Source: Ostrea edulis
Lineage: Eukaryota
Direction of reading: 5' to 3'
Length of the DNA stretch: 64,000 nucleotides
Assembly (NCBI RefSeq): GCF_947568905.1
Contig: NC_079170.1
Span: 6,758,001-6,822,000 of the forward strand
Made by a program: the position numbers and the translations under genes. The notes under the pieces were generated by a model. The model did no database searches and had not been told where the DNA came from. It was given only the letters and a program-made list of their open reading frames with translations. The stretch's first letter is position 1. The number at the start of each line of letters is the position of its first letter. Positions 59,701 through 64,000 of this stretch are shown here, piece by piece.

Positions 59701-62355
59701 TATATTACACTACAGTAAGATGTTCACTGTAGATTACTTATATTACACTACAGTAAGATGTTCACTATAGATTACTTATATTACACTACAGTAAGATGTT
59801 CACTATAGATTACTTATATTACTCTACAGTAAAATGTTCACTGTAGATTACTTATATTACTCTACAGTAAGGTGTTCATTATAGATTACTTATATTACAA
59901 TAAGATGTTCACTATAGATTACTTATATTACACTACAGTAAGATGTTCACTGTAGATTACTTATATTACACTACAGTAAGATGTTCACTGTAGATTACTT
60001 ATATTACACTACAGTAAGATGTTCACTGTAGATTACTTATATTACACTACAGTAAGATGTTCACTGTAGATTACTTATATTACACTACAGTAAGATGTTC
60101 ACTGTAGATTACTTATATTACACTACAGTAAGATGTTCACTGTAGATTACTTATATTACACTACAGTAAGATGTTCACTGTAGATTACTTATATTACACT
60201 ACAGTAAGATGTTCACTGTAGATTACTTATATTACACTACAGTAAGATGTTCACTGTAGATTACTTACATTACACTACAGTAAGATGTTCACTGTAGATT
60301 ACTTATATTACATTACAGTAAGATGTTCACTATAGATTACTTACATTACACTACAGTAAGATGTTCACTGTAGATTACTTATATTACATTACAGTAAGAT
60401 GTTCACTATAGATTACTTATATTACATTACAGTAAGATGTTCACTATAGATTACTTACATTACACTACAGTAAGATGTTCACTATAGATTACTTATATTA
60501 CACTACAGTAAGATGTTCACTATAGATTACTTATATTACACTACAGTAAGATGTTCACTATAGATTACTTATATTACACTACAGTAAGATGTTCACTGTA
60601 GATTACTTATATTACATTACAGTAAGATGTTCCCTATACATTACTTATATTACACTACAGTAAGATGTTCACTGTATATTACTTATATTACTCTACAGTA
60701 AAATGTTCACTATAGATTACTTATATTACACTACAGTAAGATGTTCACTATAGATTACTTATATTACATTACAGTAAGATGTTCACTATAGATTACTTAT
60801 ATTACATTACAGTAAGATGTTCACTATAGATTACTTATATTACATTACAGTAAAATGTTCACTATATATTACTTACATTACACTACAGTAAGATGTTCAC
60901 TATAGATTACTTATATTACTCTACAGTAAGATGTTCACTGTATATTACTTATATTACACTACAGTAAGATGTTCACTATAGATTACTTATATTACATTAC
61001 AGTAAGATGTTCACTATAGATTACTTACATTACACTACAGTAAGATGTTCACTGTATATTACTTATATTACATTACAGTAAGATGTTCACTGTAGATTAC
61101 TTACATTACACTACAGTAAGATGTTCACTGTAGATTACTTATATTACATTACAGTAAGATGTTCACTGTAGATTACTTATATTACACTACAGTAAGATGT
61201 TCACTCTAGATTACTTATATTACACTACAGTAAGATGTTCACTATAGATTACTTATATTACACTACAGTAAGATGTTCACTGTAGATTACTTATATTACA
61301 TTACAGTAAGATCTTCATTATAGATTACTTATATTACATTACAGTAAGATGTTCACTGTAGATTATTTATATTACATTACAGTAAGATGTTCACTATACA
61401 TTACTTATATTACACTACAGTAAGATCTTCACTATAGATTACTTATATTACATTACAGTAAGATGTTCACTATACATTACTTATATTACACTACAGTAAG
61501 ATGTTCACTATAGATTACTTATATTACACTACAGTAAGATGTTCACTGTAGATTACTTATATTACATTACAGTAAGATCTTCATTATAGATTACTTATAT
61601 TACATTACAGTAAGATGTTCACTGTAGATTACTTATATTACATTACAGTAAGATGTTCACTATACATTACTTATATTACACTACAGTAAGATGTTCACTA
61701 TAGATTACTTATATTACACTACAGTAAGATGTTCACTCTATATTACTTATATTACACTATAGTAAGAATTTCTTATAATACATGTATATGTAAATACCTG
61801 ATATGGATAAATCAGCTGTCCACATCAATAGGCAAGTGCACAGATCTAGTGATATCAATTTTCAGTTGGTGATTAGTGATTTATAGATAAAAGTAAGACT
61901 TTTGAATTGGTGAGAAAGGCTGCTGATACTGGCAAATCAATGTCAATATCAAAAAGGGATCAATCAATCATATAATAAAGAATATACTGTGCTCAGTGTG
62001 ATTACTAAATTAACTAAAGTAATTGTGATATGTAGCCATGTATAATGACATACTGTTACACAGTACTTATTCCATGTCTGCCTTTGTGGAAGTAATTTCT
62101 AAAGTTATCCTGCACAGAAATCGTTTTTCTTAGTTAACCATCGTGTAATAGAATTTATCTACATCTAATCAACTACAGAGGAAGCCTTACTCTTGTACTC
62201 GTAAGAGGTTGTCTAACTAATAAAAACTTTCCTTTCAGGTAACAGAATTTCCAGAACAAAACATATTGGGTGTGAAAAATATCATAGGTAATGTTTGGGA
62301 GTGGACACAAGATTGGTGGGAGACCAAGTTTACCCCAACACCCAAGAAAAACCCA
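50752..62355 (+). CDS. SUMF1: Formylglycine-generating enzyme (sulfatase-modifying factor 1), exons 1-6; remainder beyond the window
   Basis: Exons 50752-51147, 52012-52086, 55043-55125, 56581-56703 (GC donor), 57178-57292, 62239-62355; signal peptide [19 protein letters not shown]; motifs [73 protein letters not shown]. Confidence 0.96.
53307..54593. repeat. 38/46-bp minisatellite in SUMF1 intron 2
   Basis: (AATTCATTGTAAAGAAAGAGTAACTTCTATCACAAACA)n with a central block of 46-bp variants carrying CCGGAAAA. Confidence 0.95.
55139..56232. repeat. 42-bp minisatellite at the start of SUMF1 intron 3
   Basis: (GATATCTAGAGATATTATAATTATAGTCRTCTGTATTATCTG)n starting about 13 nt after the donor. Confidence 0.95.
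56925..57084 (+). mobile_element. SINE 3' fragment with poly(A) tail
   Basis: GGCACAATAAAGAACCCTC...GAGCGCTAAGCAT...ATGAGTGAAAAATTTCTTGATAGGATGTAAAAAAAAAAAAAAAA resembles bivalve SINE tails. Confidence 0.55.
57293..61765 (+). repeat. 38-bp satellite, about 117 copies, derived from the SUMF1 exon-5/intron-5 junction
   Basis: Unit GTAAGATGTTCACTRTAGATTACTTATATTACACTACA; TATTACACTACA is exonic sequence (..GGA TAT TAC ACT ACA GCC CCA|gtaaga). Confidence 0.95.
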
Positions 62356-62560
62356 GTGAGTGGAGATTATTTTTTCTTAGCACAAAATGTTTGTATGATA
62401 TTTATGCTGGCCAGGTTTGGATTTCATGAAAAAATCTCAAACTTGAATTTGGGTTTTCTTATTCAGTAGTTGAACAGTCCAAATTTGAGTAAAATCTCGA
62501 ACTAAGTCCAAGTTTTGATTTAAGTTTTGTTTGAGAAATCCAGGCCAGAAGAGCTAGTAT

Positions 62561-63173
62561 TTTCTAGAATTCAGTTTGAGTGAGGCTTTGAGTTGTTGTT
62601 TATTTTCTAGAATTCAGTTTGAGTGAGGCTTTGAGTTGTTGTGTATTTTTTTTAGAATTCAGTTTGAGTGAGGCTTTGAGTTGTGTATTTTCTAGAATTC
62701 AGTTTGAGTGAGGCTTTGAGTTGTTGTGTGTATTTTCTAGAATTCAGTTTGAGTGAGGCTTTGAGGTGTTGTTGTATTTTCTAGAATTCAGTTTGAGTGA
62801 GGCTTTGAGTTGTTGTTGTATTTTCTAGAATTCAGTTTGAGTGAGGCTTTGAGTTGTTGTTGTATTTTCTAGAATTCAGTTTGAGTGAGGCTTTGAGTTG
62901 TTGTGTATTTTTCTAGAATTCAGTTTGAGTGAGGCTTTGAGTTGTTGTGTATTTTTCTAGAATTCAATTTGAGTGAGGCTTTGAGTTGTTGTGTATTTTT
63001 CTAGAATTCAGTTTGAGTGAGGCTTTGAGTTGTTGTGTATTTTTCTAGAATTCAATTTGAGTGAGGCTTTGAGTCGTTGTGTATTTTCTAGAATTCAGTT
63101 TGAGTGAGGCTTTGAGTTGTGTGTATTTTCTAGAATTCAGTTTGAGTGAGGCTTTGAGTTGTTGTGTGTATTT
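62561..63173. repeat. ~41-43-bp minisatellite (TTTCTAGAATTCAGTTTGAGTGAGGCTTTGAGTTGTTGTGTAT)n; resumes at 63969
   Basis: Directly visible; interrupted by the element at 63174-63968. Confidence 0.93.
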
Positions 63174-63968
63174 TTATACCCCCCGCAACAAGTTGTGGGG
63201 GGAGGGTATACTGGAATCGGGTTGTCCGTCCGTCCGTCTGAAGACGCAATGGTTTCCGGGCTCTAAAGCATTATCCTTTCCACCTACCATCACCATATCA
63301 TATATATGGACTACCCATGGGATGAAGATGTTCCCTATCGATTTTGGGGTCAAAAGGTCAAAGGTCAAGCACACTGGACATCGAAGTAGCAATATGGTTT
63401 CCGGGCTCTAAAGCGTTATCCTTTCCAACTACAGTCACCATATCATACATATGGACTACCCATGGGATGAAGATGTTCCCTATTGATTTTGGGGTCAAAA
63501 GGTCAAAGGTCACGCGCACTGGACATCGAAGTAGCAATATGGTTTCCGGGCTCTAAAGCGTTATCCTTTCCACCTACAGTCACCATATCATACATATGGA
63601 CTACCCATGGGATGAAGATGTTCCCTATCAATTTTGGGGTCAAAAGGTCAAAGGTCAAGCACACTGGACATCGAAATAGCAATATGGTTTCCGGGCTCTA
63701 AAGCGTTATCCTTTCCACCTACAGTCACCATATCATACATATGGACTACCCATGAGATGAAGATGTTCCCTATCGATTTTGGGGTCAAAAGGTCAAAGGT
63801 CACGCGCACTGGACATTGAAGTAGCAATATGGTTTGGTTTGTCATGCCATTTGTTTTTTACACTCAGAAAAAAGGTATATGTAGTTTATACCTATTACCA
63901 ACATCCTTTGGGAGATTGGGGTAAGCGGGGGGTATTCTTAGTGAGCATTGCTCACAGTACCTCTTGTC
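63174..63968 (+). mobile_element. HINE / Pearl-like non-autonomous Helentron with four-plus 145-bp core repeats
   Basis: TT-site insertion; 5' TATACCCCCCGC with nearby inverted GGGGGGAGGGTATA; (GTCC)n microsatellite; GGGGTCAAAAGGTCAAAGGTC at 63346, 63491, 63636, 63781; 3' GCGGGGGGTAT followed by stem-loop GTGAGCATTGCTCAC. Confidence 0.88.
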
Positions 63969-64000
63969 TAAAATTCAGTTTGAGTGAGGCTTTGAGTTGT

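Noticed and set aside
53307-61765. CRISPR-like appearance of regular 38-46-bp repeats
   Set aside because: Head-to-tail monomers with no unique spacers, no cas genes, eukaryotic intronic context.
63079-63845. Repeated WFPGSKALSFPPT ORFs
   Set aside because: Translations of the 145-bp HINE core repeats.

Overview
AT-rich, repeat-dense animal genomic DNA. The repeat content (HINE/Helentron-type elements, tRNA-derived SINEs, a Penelope-like fragment) suggests an oyster-like bivalve; this is an inference. Left to right: (1) a + strand Delta/Serrate-like gene (MNNL/C2 domain, DSL domain with a shortened loop, about 56 EGF repeats in a single 6.3-kb exon, RRRR furin-like site, no visible transmembrane helix); (2) a near-identical direct duplication (10908-25459 vs 30625-47553) covering the 3' ends of two convergent genes; (3) a left-truncated Harbinger/PIF transposon at the duplication junction (25460-30624) with an intact 349-aa DDE transposase and a 5'-truncated Myb/SANT partner gene; (4) a complete 9-exon HEMK1 gene (- strand, 36751-50227) plus an orphan copy of its exons 4-9; (5) SUMF1 exons 1-6 (+ strand), head-to-head with HEMK1. 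The most unexpected pattern is that several tandem arrays are built directly from splice or stop signals: 11 in-frame copies of a HEMK1 exon-3 donor, about 117 copies of a SUMF1 exon-5 donor, a 27-bp array of the HEMK1 stop codon, and about 28 copies of TACTAAC upstream of an acceptor. All gene models were spliced by eye (GT/GC-AG plus phase consistency) and need RNA-seq confirmation.
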